From: Clostridiales bacterium
Lineage (GTDB): Bacteria; Bacillota; Clostridia; Oscillospirales; UBA644
DNA length: 64,000 nucleotides
NCBI GenBank assembly: GCA_003343705.1
Contig: QAKR01000026.1
Coordinates: 27,598 to 91,597 of the forward strand
Direction of reading: 5' to 3'
Shown piece by piece: positions 38,664 through 49,974 of this stretch. Under the pieces are notes generated by a model. The model was not told the origin of the DNA and made no database searches. It saw only the letters and a list, made by a program, of their open reading frames with translations. Every line of letters begins with the position of its first letter. Within the stretch, counting starts at the first letter, position 1. The position numbers and the translations under genes are program-made.

Positions 38664-40493
38664 TTACGGAAGAACAACATTATTTTCTTTTTTTATAAAT
38701 CGTCCTCTTATTGCATCTGTCTCGGATCTGATATATTTAGATGAAAACCAAGTATTATCGCTTACAAGTATGTTGTTTCCACTCCCGGAAAAAACACCAA
38801 AATCGCTGTCCGGGTTTTCTATTTCACGGTTATCTATAGTGTTTTTTAAGAATGAAAAATCGTATATTGAAAAAGCGTTAATTGCCAGTCCGTATGTGTT
38901 TTTAAAAATATTATCTTTTATAATAATATTTTTTATATAAGGAATTTTGGTTGTGCCTCCGCGTATCAGAGCATCTGCGTATATAACACCGTTTTTCCAA
39001 GTTGCGTAATTATATCTATTACAGCTTTCAAAAACATTGTTTTCAATAACGATATTCTGAATATCAACGCCTTCACGCCAGAGATTTCCCCAGAACATAT
39101 CCCCTGTTATCCAAATTGCCGAACTGTTGCTTTTATAAAAGATATTATTTGCAATATATCCATTTCCGGCTTCCGCAAGAATGCTTCTTGCCCGATGTTC
39201 ATGGAAATAATTATTTGTGAAAACATAAGTGTTAGTTTTCGCCGAAAGGCTTGCCATAAACCAATAATTTGCAACTTCTGCAGGAAGTACATTGTCCAGG
39301 GTAAGAACCAAATACGGATAGTTATTAATATTTTTGTTTTCTATGCCTGTAACTGTTGCGGTAAATCCGGACTTTTCAAGAGTTGGTTTGTATAACTCAA
39401 TTTGCTCGCCGATAGTAATAGCGCTATACCAAGCAGTGTTCCTTACAAGAATTTTATTGTTGTCAACACGTTCATGCACTTCATACATACTTTGGTGAAT
39501 GTTTATACAGTCATCCCCCATATATGAAAATTCGCAGTTGTCTACAAAAATTTGCCCGCGAGCATCGGCTATATGCATACCGTCTGCTGTAGTGGACATA
39601 AAAAGATTGTTTTCGGGGTTATCTTTTATTGAGCTATTTATAAACTGTATTGCATAACATTTACTGTTAATTAAAAAACCATAACCCAGTGCGGATAATA
39701 TATTTATTCCGTCAATTGTGATATCGTGGCTTCCGTTTTGTAGTGAAAAAACCTGACTTTCTGCAACATACTGACGTAAAATATTATATTCGGCAATGGC
39801 ATACGGAAAATTATGAGTAACTCTTAAAACGTTAGGTGATATTTTTTCTACATTTTTAACGAACTCGCCTAAGTTCCCACCATCGTTTGTTATTACCTTT
39901 TCTTCAATATTAAAACCGGAAATTGTACGAAAGTTGTTTTCTTCAGGCACTTCGGTCGCATTAACGAACTCAAAGTCTGTGTATGAAAAGCCTTCTTCAT
40001 GAGAAGCTCCGAAACCTACTGTTCTAATAAGATCAAAGATACGTAACTTTTCAAAATTCCACTCAACATTAAAATTCTTGAATGAAATTCTTTCGGAAGC
40101 ATTATCAACAACAAAGTAGTTTGGAGTTCCAAAAATAAAAGTAGAACCGCCTCCGTCAAGCTCAAAATCGCTGATACCGTCTAACAGTAGCTTTTCGCTA
40201 CTGTTAAAATAATAAATACCCTTGTCAAAAATAATTTTTGTACCGGGATTTTGTTTTGCGTAGGAAATTGCGGATAATAGCGCCTGGCTGTTATCCGCAA
40301 TTTCAGAAGATCCACCGAATTCAGAAATGTTTTTTTGCCTACTTATAACAGGGTACCAAACTTTGAAGGCTATCCCATTAGGGCTGGTCACGTTGTTAAA
40401 ACGAGGAACTCTAACAACAACTGAGCATGCGCTGACTGAAAAAACCATCGCAACTAACAATATTACTGAAAGAAGCTGTTTCATCGTCTTCAT
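38664..40493 (-). CDS. Lipoprotein with right-handed parallel beta-helix (PbH1) repeats, putative polysaccharide-active enzyme
   Basis: Signal peptide with lipobox (VFSVSAC). Repeated NN-I/V-F/Y-x-x-N beta-helix turns (IANNIFYKSN, IENNVFESCN, IKDNIFKNT). ATGA overlap with the upstream amidohydrolase. Confidence 0.7.
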   Translation of the reverse strand: MKTMKQLLSVILLVAMVFSVSACSVVVRVPRFNNVTSPNGIAFKVWYPVISRQKNISEFGGSSEIADNSQALLSAISYAKQNPGTKIIFDKGIYYFNSSEKLLLDGISDFELDGGGSTFIFGTPNYFVVDNASERISFKNFNVEWNFEKLRIFDLIRTVGFGASHEEGFSYTDFEFVNATEVPEENNFRTISGFNIEEKVITNDGGNLGEFVKNVEKISPNVLRVTHNFPYAIAEYNILRQYVAESQVFSLQNGSHDITIDGINILSALGYGFLINSKCYAIQFINSSIKDNPENNLFMSTTADGMHIADARGQIFVDNCEFSYMGDDCINIHQSMYEVHERVDNNKILVRNTAWYSAITIGEQIELYKPTLEKSGFTATVTGIENKNINNYPYLVLTLDNVLPAEVANYWFMASLSAKTNTYVFTNNYFHEHRARSILAEAGNGYIANNIFYKSNSSAIWITGDMFWGNLWREGVDIQNIVIENNVFESCNRYNYATWKNGVIYADALIRGGTTKIPYIKNIIIKDNIFKNTYGLAINAFSIYDFSFLKNTIDNREIENPDSDFGVFSGSGNNILVSDNTWFSSKYIRSETDAIRGRFIKKENNVVLP

Positions 40494-41248
40494 AACACTT
40501 TAAGTTTTGGACAGATTCGGATAGCATTATCCCGAAGAATTTTAATTTTATATTCTTCCGGAATAGGCGCATACTCTATTCTGCCACGTTGGAAACCGGC
40601 AGCGTATGTATCTGTTCCAAATAAAATTCTATCAGCCCCAATACGGCTTATTGCATATTCAACAACGTTGTTATTAGAGCTTGCAACACCTGAAGTGTCT
40701 GTGTATATATTTCCGTATTTTGCATCCTCTATTGCATTTACGTGGTCAACTGTTCCTAAATGTGCTATTACCAGCTTCATATCATGATATTTATTTGCAA
40801 ACTCAGGCATGCGGCCCATGTCATCAGGATGCATTTGAACAACGGCACCACGTTCGGCAGCAAAAGAAAAAATTGCATCTGCATATTCTGCTATAGGGTA
40901 ACCATGGCAGGGGCTATGAATTTTTATTCCGATACATTTAGGAGAATCAAGCATTTTTTTTGCCTGCTCAAAAGTTTCAGGATGACGAGGCTCGATAACA
41001 ACCCACTGGTAAATCCAAGGTGTGTCAAGTGCAAGATTATAAAGATAATCGTTTTCAATAGCTACTTCTTCATTAGAGAGAACTCCTGCATATGTAGAAA
41101 AACAAGCAGTTGAAATATTTGCTGCATCATAACCATTTTTTAAAAAATCAAGTCCGAATTTATAAATATCAGTTTCAGCCGGATCAAGTCTTGATCCGTT
41201 ATTAAAATGCGAGTGAAAATCAATTGCCTTTAATTTGCTGAGCTCCAT
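40490..41248 (-). CDS. Amidohydrolase-2 (TIM-barrel metal hydrolase) family protein, copy 1
   Basis: HSH (FHSHF), GIKIH, QMHPDD, AHLG and FGTDT motifs. Start set at MELSKLKAIDFHSHF by alignment with the paralog at 52986, with AAGAGG upstream. Confidence 0.75.
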   Translation of the reverse strand: MELSKLKAIDFHSHFNNGSRLDPAETDIYKFGLDFLKNGYDAANISTACFSTYAGVLSNEEVAIENDYLYNLALDTPWIYQWVVIEPRHPETFEQAKKMLDSPKCIGIKIHSPCHGYPIAEYADAIFSFAAERGAVVQMHPDDMGRMPEFANKYHDMKLVIAHLGTVDHVNAIEDAKYGNIYTDTSGVASSNNNVVEYAISRIGADRILFGTDTYAAGFQRGRIEYAPIPEEYKIKILRDNAIRICPKLKVL

Positions 41249-41273
41249 ATTAAAAACCTCTTTTATGCTGAAT

Positions 41274-42182
41274 TTATTTTTGTTCTGCAAGTTCCTCATC
41301 TTCCCACTGCTTGAGAAGATCTATGTAAGCATTGTTGTTTGCACCAACGCTATGGTATGCAATTATACGTTTTGTACGAGGCATGATATTTACAAGCTGT
41401 CCGTAAGCTCCTTGGAAATAATAGTTTTCTTTTGCAGAGGACTTTCTTAAAATGCTGTATCCGTATTCACCAAGCTCATCAACGGTTCTTGTTGCTGTTG
41501 CTTTTTTAATCCAGTCTTCAGAAAGATATCGTTTACCTTTATATATTCCTCCGTTAAGAAAAACACAACCGAGTTTAGCCATATCTTCAGTCCGAATAAT
41601 AAGTCCATCTCCTCCGAGAGTGTGGCCTTTAGGGCAGCAAGCCCAAGAATGGTCTAAGCATTTCATGGGGACAAGGATCTCACGACGGACGAATTCATAA
41701 AGAGTCATACCTGTCTTAAGCTCTACTATACGAGAAAGAAGGTAATAGTTAGGGTCTGTATATACCATTGTTTCCCCAACTGTTCCTGCAAGGGGGTACG
41801 CAAACATTATCCGCAAAGGGTCGTCTACCTGAAAAAGGCTGTCATCTTCATCTTTATAGTTAAGATATCCTCTTGCAAAACCTGAACGGTGTTGCAAGAG
41901 ATCTTTAATTTTAACAGTTTCCCATTTTGGATCATGGGAGGGTGTGAACAGCTCTTTGAACATAGGATATATATAATCTTCATCGGAGATTATATTTCTG
42001 TCATACAAAATGCCTATAGCGGTTGCAGTGTAATTTTTTGAAACAGAATAAGTCCATTTTGCTTCGGGAAAAGCTCTTAAGTTTTTGCGAACGAACTCGC
42101 CGCCTGCATTCATTTCAACAATTGTAGAAACATCTGCGCCATCTGCTTTAAATTGCTCTATGAGCCTGTCCATCATCATCAT
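41274..42182 (-). CDS. Serine hydrolase, beta-lactamase/transpeptidase-like family, copy 1 (no signal peptide)
   Basis: SxxK motif (SVSK). Paralogous to 61869-62747. Start set at the ATG run MMMMDRL, whose first ATG (42182) forms an ATGA overlap with the gpmI stop; GGAGGAAAG lies 9 nt upstream. Confidence 0.75.
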   Translation of the reverse strand: MMMMDRLIEQFKADGADVSTIVEMNAGGEFVRKNLRAFPEAKWTYSVSKNYTATAIGILYDRNIISDEDYIYPMFKELFTPSHDPKWETVKIKDLLQHRSGFARGYLNYKDEDDSLFQVDDPLRIMFAYPLAGTVGETMVYTDPNYYLLSRIVELKTGMTLYEFVRREILVPMKCLDHSWACCPKGHTLGGDGLIIRTEDMAKLGCVFLNGGIYKGKRYLSEDWIKKATATRTVDELGEYGYSILRKSSAKENYYFQGAYGQLVNIMPRTKRIIAYHSVGANNNAYIDLLKQWEDEELAEQK

Positions 42183-43756
42183 TTTATTATACTTTCCTCC
42201 CACATTGAAGGTGTTTTAATATTCATAATTTTTGTAACAGTGGCTGCAACATTTGCAAGCCCGAAAACACCGTCTTTAATTTCTTGTTTTTCAGCTTTGT
42301 CAACAACTATAAACGGAACAGGGTTGAGTGTATGAGCTGTTTTAGGCTTAATAGGTTTACCTTCTTTTGCCTTTTCGTACATTTCATCTGCATTACCGTG
42401 GTCTGCAGTAATTAAAAGTACATAATCATCCTTATCTTCAAGCGCTTTTAATACACGAGCAAGACACAGATCAACTGCCTCAACTGCAATAACTGCTGCC
42501 TGGAAATTCCCTGTATGACCGACCATGTCGCCATTGGGATAATTAGCTCGGATAAATCCGTATTCATTGCTTTTTATTGCTTCTATTATTTTATCCGTAA
42601 CTTCAGCGGCTTTCATCCAGGGGCGTTGTTCGAATGGAACAACATCAGATAGAACTTCTTCAAATATTTCGAGCTGATCCGATGTTTTTTCACTTCTGTT
42701 GCCATTCCAGAAATACGTTACATGGCCGTACTTTTGTGTTTCGGAAACAGCATATTGTTTTACCCCTGATTTTACGAGAGTTTCGGAAAGAGTGTTTTCA
42801 ATATGCGGTGGAGAAACAAGATATTTATGGGGAATTTTAAGATCTCCGTCGTATTGGAGCATTCCGGCATATACAACCTTGGGATGTCTTTTTCTGTCGA
42901 ATGCAGTGAATGTTTCATCGTCGAAAGCACGGCTTATTTCAAGCGCACGGTCGCCTCTGAAATTGAAAAGAATGAAGCTATCGCCGTCTTCTACCGTTCC
43001 GCAGGGCTTTCCATTCTCACCTATTACGAATGACGGTAAATCTTGGTCAATAACGCCGGTTTCATTTCTAAGTGTTTCAACTGCTTCTTTTGCAGAAGGG
43101 AATATCCTCCCTTCTCCTAATACGTGAGTTTTCCAACCCAGTTCAACCATAGGCCAGTTTGCTTCGTATCTGTCCATAGTTATTTGCATTCTTCCTCCGC
43201 CGGAAGCAATTTTTATATCAAAGTCATTGCCTACAAGAGCGGAGATTTCTCCTTCCAGTGCATCAACATATTGCATTGCACTTGTTGCAGGAACATCGCG
43301 GCCGTCGAGTAAAATATGAATACGGCATTTTTTAACACCGTCAGCTTTTGCAGCTTTCATCATAGCAAAAAGGTGATTAATATTTGAGTGAACATTTCCG
43401 TCGCTCAAAAGTCCAAGAAAATGAAGGGTGCTGTTATTGTTTTTACAGTTCCCTGTAAGCTCTTGCCATGTTTCGCTTTTAAACATAGCCCCTGTTTCAA
43501 TACTTTCATTTACAAGCTTTGCACCCTGAGAGTAAACCTGTCCGCAACCTAAGGCATTGTGGCCAACTTCGCTGTTGCCCATATCTTCGTCTGAAGGAAG
43601 ACCTACTGCAGTGCCGTGTGCCTTTATAAACGTATTCGGATAATTATCCATAAGCATATCAAGGGTAGGTGTGCGAGCTGCTTTTACTGCATTACCGTAT
43701 TCAGACGTGTTTTGTCCGATACCGTCCATAACAATTAAAACTACTTTTTTATCCAT
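42179..43756 (-). CDS. gpmI: 2,3-bisphosphoglycerate-independent phosphoglycerate mutase
   Basis: MGNSEVGHNALG (catalytic Ser) and ITADHGNAD motifs, 525 aa. Confidence 0.95.
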   Translation of the reverse strand: MDKKVVLIVMDGIGQNTSEYGNAVKAARTPTLDMLMDNYPNTFIKAHGTAVGLPSDEDMGNSEVGHNALGCGQVYSQGAKLVNESIETGAMFKSETWQELTGNCKNNNSTLHFLGLLSDGNVHSNINHLFAMMKAAKADGVKKCRIHILLDGRDVPATSAMQYVDALEGEISALVGNDFDIKIASGGGRMQITMDRYEANWPMVELGWKTHVLGEGRIFPSAKEAVETLRNETGVIDQDLPSFVIGENGKPCGTVEDGDSFILFNFRGDRALEISRAFDDETFTAFDRKRHPKVVYAGMLQYDGDLKIPHKYLVSPPHIENTLSETLVKSGVKQYAVSETQKYGHVTYFWNGNRSEKTSDQLEIFEEVLSDVVPFEQRPWMKAAEVTDKIIEAIKSNEYGFIRANYPNGDMVGHTGNFQAAVIAVEAVDLCLARVLKALEDKDDYVLLITADHGNADEMYEKAKEGKPIKPKTAHTLNPVPFIVVDKAEKQEIKDGVFGLANVAATVTKIMNIKTPSMWEESIIK

Positions 43757-43780
43757 TTTTTATTGAAGTCCTTTCGGTTG

Positions 43781-44983
43781 TTAGAAATCTATTCTGTCTC
43801 TTATTGCAAGAAGCAGTTCTTCTGCATTAACTAGCTTTTTATTTTCGATTGTTGAAAGTGCGGCAAGGCTCTTTGTCATAATACCATCTTCAATAGTTTT
43901 TATAGAAGCAGCTTCAAGAGCTTTTGCAAAACGTACAAGTTCTGGAATATTATCAAGCTCACCACGTTTTGCAAGTGCGCCTGTCCATGCAAAAATTGTT
44001 GCAATTGAGCTGGTTGGTGTCTTTTTGCCTTCAAGATGCTGATAATAATGACGTTGAACAGTGCCGTGAGCGGCTTCATATTCAAAATATCCGTCTGGTG
44101 AAACTAGAACGGATGTCATCATTGCAAGGTCTCCAAAAGCAGTTGCGATCATGTCGGACATAACGTCTCCGTCATAATTTTTACACGCCCATATAAATCC
44201 ACCTTTGGAACGAATAACTCGAGAAACAGCATCGTCGATAAGTGTGTAAAAATATTCAATACCCGCTTCTTCAAACTTCGCTTTATATTCATTTTCGTAG
44301 ATTTCAGCAAAAATATCCTTAAAACGATGATCATATTTTTTTGATATTGTATCCTTAGTTGAAAACCATATATCCTCTTTTTTATCTAGAGCAAAATTAA
44401 AACAGGAACGAGCAAAACTTTCTATACTTTTATCAATATTGTGCATTCCCATAATAATGCCGTCAGTGTCAAAATCATGGATAAGTGAACGTGTTTCTTT
44501 ACCGTCTTTGTCTGTTACGATAAGTTCGGCTTTGGAACCGCCTTTTACCTGCATTTCGGTATTTTTATATACATCTCCGTAAGCGTGACGTGCGATTGTT
44601 ATCGGGCTTTTCCAAGTAGGTACGAAGGGAGTTATTCCTTTTACGAGAATAGGCGCACGGAAAACCGTTCCGTCAAGAATTGCTCTTATTGTTCCGTTAG
44701 GGCTTTTCCACATTTCGGTAAGACTATATTCTTTTACACGGTCAGCATTAGGGGTTATAGTTGCACACTTTACTGCAACTCCGTATTTTTTTGTTGCTTC
44801 CGCACTGTCTTTTGTAACTTGATCCTTTGTTTTTTCACGATTTTCAAGACCGAGGTTGTAATATTCGGTTTTTAAATCAACATACGGCAAGATAAGATAT
44901 TCTTTAATCCATTGCCATAATATCCTTGTCATTTCGTCGCCGTCCATCTCGACGAGCGGTGTTTTCATCTTTATTTTTTCCAT
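43781..44983 (-). CDS. icd: NADP-dependent isocitrate dehydrogenase (about 400-aa eukaryote-like homodimeric type)
   Basis: [25 protein letters not shown]-terminus. GGAGGAACAAAA precedes the ATG at 44983; the track start at 45001 contains that SD. Confidence 0.93.
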   Translation of the reverse strand: MEKIKMKTPLVEMDGDEMTRILWQWIKEYLILPYVDLKTEYYNLGLENREKTKDQVTKDSAEATKKYGVAVKCATITPNADRVKEYSLTEMWKSPNGTIRAILDGTVFRAPILVKGITPFVPTWKSPITIARHAYGDVYKNTEMQVKGGSKAELIVTDKDGKETRSLIHDFDTDGIIMGMHNIDKSIESFARSCFNFALDKKEDIWFSTKDTISKKYDHRFKDIFAEIYENEYKAKFEEAGIEYFYTLIDDAVSRVIRSKGGFIWACKNYDGDVMSDMIATAFGDLAMMTSVLVSPDGYFEYEAAHGTVQRHYYQHLEGKKTPTSSIATIFAWTGALAKRGELDNIPELVRFAKALEAASIKTIEDGIMTKSLAALSTIENKKLVNAEELLLAIRDRIDF

Positions 44984-45022
44984 TTTTGTTCCTCCGTCCA
45001 ATTCTTGTTAATATACTTATTA

Positions 45023-45051
45023 AGTATATCATAAAGGAAAATAAATGTAAA
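45023..45051 (-). promoter_or_regulatory. Candidate sigma-A promoter for icd operon
   Basis: On the minus strand: TTTACA (45051-45046), 17-nt spacer, TATACT (45028-45023). Confidence 0.5.
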
Positions 45052-45069
45052 CCTTTTAATAGTAAATTT

Positions 45070-47070
<2,001 letters not shown>

Positions 47071-47745
47071 TTATTTTTCTTGATTTGTGCTGCTTGAAAA
47101 AACCCCTAAATTTGCATAAACAGACGGAATGTCCCCCACAATAACCGTTTCGGCTATGATAAATTCGCTTTCATAAGATGCTCTTGCCATTTCGGTGGGT
47201 AAAACAAGGTCCGCTTCAACTATAGCTTTAAGCATTATTCTATGCAATGTCTGGTTTATTCCTGCAGGAATAAACTCCTGTCTGACAGTGACGAATACGT
47301 TGCCCACAGGAACGATTTTTATAGGTATTTTAGGCCCCTTACCGGAAAATATTTCAGTATCCATCAAACTTCCTATGGGAATATAAACATTTTCGTTTTC
47401 CATTAAATTTGAATCTTGTAAAAGCTCCACTGCAATATTTGCTTTTAATCTGTTTATGAGTATAGAGTTTGTTTTAACAGCCGAAACAAACCCTTCGGAA
47501 GTTTTTTCAAGGGTTATTATATCGTCGTATGTTATGTTTTCTTTTTCAAGCTCGGTTAAAACGGTTTTATTAATAATGTCTGTTGCAAAGTCTTCTACTC
47601 TTGAAGAAGCCATAATTTTTATGATGGGACGCATTTTGATATTATAGTAACACATTATAAAAATGAGCATGAAAAATAAACTTACTGTAGTAAGTAGAAG
47701 TTTCCCTTTTAGTGAGAGCCGTCTTTTCCGCATAATCATCACCAA
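47071..47745 (-). CDS. yunB: Sporulation protein YunB
   Basis: N-terminal TM followed by the YunB-like pattern IPIGSL...GPKIPIKIVPVG...EFIPAGINQTLHRI...IVGDIPSVY. Confidence 0.7.
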   Translation of the reverse strand: MVMIMRKRRLSLKGKLLLTTVSLFFMLIFIMCYYNIKMRPIIKIMASSRVEDFATDIINKTVLTELEKENITYDDIITLEKTSEGFVSAVKTNSILINRLKANIAVELLQDSNLMENENVYIPIGSLMDTEIFSGKGPKIPIKIVPVGNVFVTVRQEFIPAGINQTLHRIMLKAIVEADLVLPTEMARASYESEFIIAETVIVGDIPSVYANLGVFSSSTNQEK

Positions 47746-47758
47746 TATAGTATATGAT

Positions 47759-48436
47759 TTATACGGGATTTATGCTCCCATAATCGTAAAGAGGCACATT
47801 TTTTATATATATAATTTCTTTTTCAGCAAAACTTTTTATTTTAAAATAATCCTCATGGACGGATATGTCCCCGGTGAAAAAAAGCGAATTCCCCGAAGAA
47901 AACGAAGCTCCTCCTAAAAATCCATTTTTATATCCTTGTAAAAAAACGCCGTCGTTGACAACTTTTAATACTTCAATACCTTGTTCTTTTGCGGCAAGAG
48001 CAATGCCGTTATCCGCCGTTATTATTTTATTATCGGAAACTACAACTGTGCTGCATTTTGTATAGCCTTGCGAAACTGAAACTATTTTATATCCGCGTAG
48101 TTGAGCTTGCATTAAAAGTGTTTTGTCAGTATGTTTCTCATTGCAGAAAAGGCATCCGCTTGCAATAAAACAATTGTATAAAATATCGTTTGGATATGGG
48201 CTTTGAGGATCTTGACCGAATAAAACAGTATAGTCCTGTAGAAGTTTTTTGTAAAATTCATAACAAAAAGGTGCACAGACGGCAGTTTTATCAGGGAATA
48301 TAAAAATCTGTAAGTCTATGTGGGATGATACAGGGTTTTCTAGCTCTCTATTCTCTGGGATAAAAACACAGTCAAAGTATTTTTGTAAAAATAAAAGAAC
48401 TTGTTTATCAATGCTTTTTTGTACAAAAAGACGCAT
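47759..48436 (-). CDS. Conserved hypothetical protein (possibly guanidino-modifying-enzyme/pentein-like fold)
   Basis: 225-aa ORF with no competing frame, 13 nt upstream of yunB. The fold guess rests only on weak recalled motif resemblance (SHIDL, GYTKCS, GFLGG). Confidence 0.5.
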   Translation of the reverse strand: MRLFVQKSIDKQVLLFLQKYFDCVFIPENRELENPVSSHIDLQIFIFPDKTAVCAPFCYEFYKKLLQDYTVLFGQDPQSPYPNDILYNCFIASGCLFCNEKHTDKTLLMQAQLRGYKIVSVSQGYTKCSTVVVSDNKIITADNGIALAAKEQGIEVLKVVNDGVFLQGYKNGFLGGASFSSGNSLFFTGDISVHEDYFKIKSFAEKEIIYIKNVPLYDYGSINPV

Positions 48437-48536
48437 TTTTTCACCCCTTTAACATTATAACCCATTTTTTAAAAAAAGTCTATACCTTTGCATAAAAACT
48501 GTTTTATAAAGTTTAATATATCTGATTTTTTATGTA

Positions 48537-48565
48537 TTGAAATTTCATATAGGATATGGTATAAT
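48537..48565 (+). promoter_or_regulatory. Sigma-A promoter (extended -10) for the 48611 gene pair
   Basis: TTGAAA (48537-48542), 17-nt spacer ending in TGG, TATAAT (48560-48565). Confidence 0.6.
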
Positions 48566-48610
48566 GAACTGAAATAATAGGATAAATTTGTATTAATACG
48601 GAGAGTTATT

Positions 48611-49693
48611 ATGAAAAATCTTGAAAAATGGAGAAAAAAAGAAATCGGGTACATTACTCTATGCGCAGTGTTGTTGGTAATGCCGATTATCTTTTTAATT
48701 TTACTTAATACCTTATTTACAGGTGTGCTTAATCAAAATAACACAAGTTTAATTGCGATTGTTTGTATGATAGTTTTCTGGGGAGTTGCTTTATTTGTAG
48801 CGAAAAAACATTTTTACAATATGGTTGTTGTTGATGCTATGTCTAAAAATGAGAAGCGTTTACGCACTGACAGAAGGTTTTATCCTTCAAATCGTAAAAC
48901 TGTTTCACCTGAAGTTTTATATGCAGATCTTTCGGCTTTAGGCTTTTCTGTAAGTGATGAAAAACCCAAACTTGCAAAAAAAGGAATAACAGGGATATGG
49001 ATTGTTGAAGACTGCCAGGATTATAAAGAATTTCTAACAGCAAAAAAGCAAGAACTTGATAAAAGTTATAGCGAAAAAAAACACCTCTCATATGCTGCAT
49101 GTTTTTTATGTGAAAGTGTAGGAGCAGAAGAGATCGACCTTTCTCGAGATGTTGTTTTATTGAATGCCGGGTGTATTGTTCCTGTGTTTTACGATATGAC
49201 TGAGAAAATAGCATATTTTATGGGTGGTGATGCCGGAAGAAATTCTGATGAATCCCCGATTCAGCGTATAATTCGCGACATTATAATTGACCACCCGGAG
49301 CCTTTTGCAGAAAAAACAGAATCGGATAAAACAGATGAAGAAATAAAGTTTGACGAGCTTAATCTAGATGAGATTTTCAGCCAGGTGGATAAATCCCTTG
49401 CTTCCGATCGTGATTACGTTGAGAAGATGAGTGAGGGAGACATTAAGCTTGAATTCGACGGTAACTCAGGAACGATATTCTATAAAAAAGACGGAAAAGG
49501 TATATCTCATATTTTTAGAGTTGACACAGAAAATAATAAAAATCTTATAATAGAATCGCTAGAAATTGCTTGTTTTTGCTCGCCTAAAGCTGCTCCTGTA
49601 AAAGGGAAAAAACTTTATGAGTTTAAAGAAAATTTAGAAAAATATTTATCAGACAAAGGATATATTTTTTCTTATTCAGGTGAAAGAAAATGA
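48611..49693 (+). CDS. Hypothetical membrane-anchored protein (2 N-terminal TM + ~270-aa soluble domain)
   Basis: 360-aa ORF with its own promoter and a GGAGAG SD. I recognise no family motif. Confidence 0.6.
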   Translation: MKNLEKWRKKEIGYITLCAVLLVMPIIFLILLNTLFTGVLNQNNTSLIAIVCMIVFWGVALFVAKKHFYNMVVVDAMSKNEKRLRTDRRFYPSNRKTVSPEVLYADLSALGFSVSDEKPKLAKKGITGIWIVEDCQDYKEFLTAKKQELDKSYSEKKHLSYAACFLCESVGAEEIDLSRDVVLLNAGCIVPVFYDMTEKIAYFMGGDAGRNSDESPIQRIIRDIIIDHPEPFAEKTESDKTDEEIKFDELNLDEIFSQVDKSLASDRDYVEKMSEGDIKLEFDGNSGTIFYKKDGKGISHIFRVDTENNKNLIIESLEIACFCSPKAAPVKGKKLYEFKENLEKYLSDKGYIFSYSGERK

Positions 49694-49944
49694 TGTTTTG
49701 CCCGGCTTGCGGACGGCTTATGACTCAAACAGACTTCGGTTACCAATGTTTTTGCGGAGCATTCGCAGATAAAAACGGTAATCAGATTGATCTTGCAGAA
49801 ATGCGACTTAGAGAGAAAAATAGTGAAAAGCTTAGAAAACGTAAAAAGTATCGTTTTAAATATGAAAATTTAGGCGATGATGAAGATGAGTCTAAGCGAA
49901 AATGCAAATTTCCTTATAGTGAAGAAGATATAAAGTGGCTTTAA
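49690..49944 (+). CDS. Small zinc-ribbon protein with Lys/Arg-rich tail
   Basis: CPACG...CFCG four-Cys ribbon at the N-terminus. ATGA overlap with the upstream gene. Confidence 0.55.
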   Translation: MMFCPACGRLMTQTDFGYQCFCGAFADKNGNQIDLAEMRLREKNSEKLRKRKKYRFKYENLGDDEDESKRKCKFPYSEEDIKWL

Positions 49945-49974
49945 AATAATTATTTATAAATTAAAGGGGTTACT

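Noticed and set aside
48537-48580. Sequence similarity between the promoter regions at 48531-48575 and 52011-52055 (GTATTGA.ATTT...TATAATGAACT.AAATA)
   Set aside because: Most shared positions are the -35/-10 consensus itself plus AT-rich context. The remaining identity (GAACT after the -10) is too short to claim a shared regulatory element without a genome-wide count.
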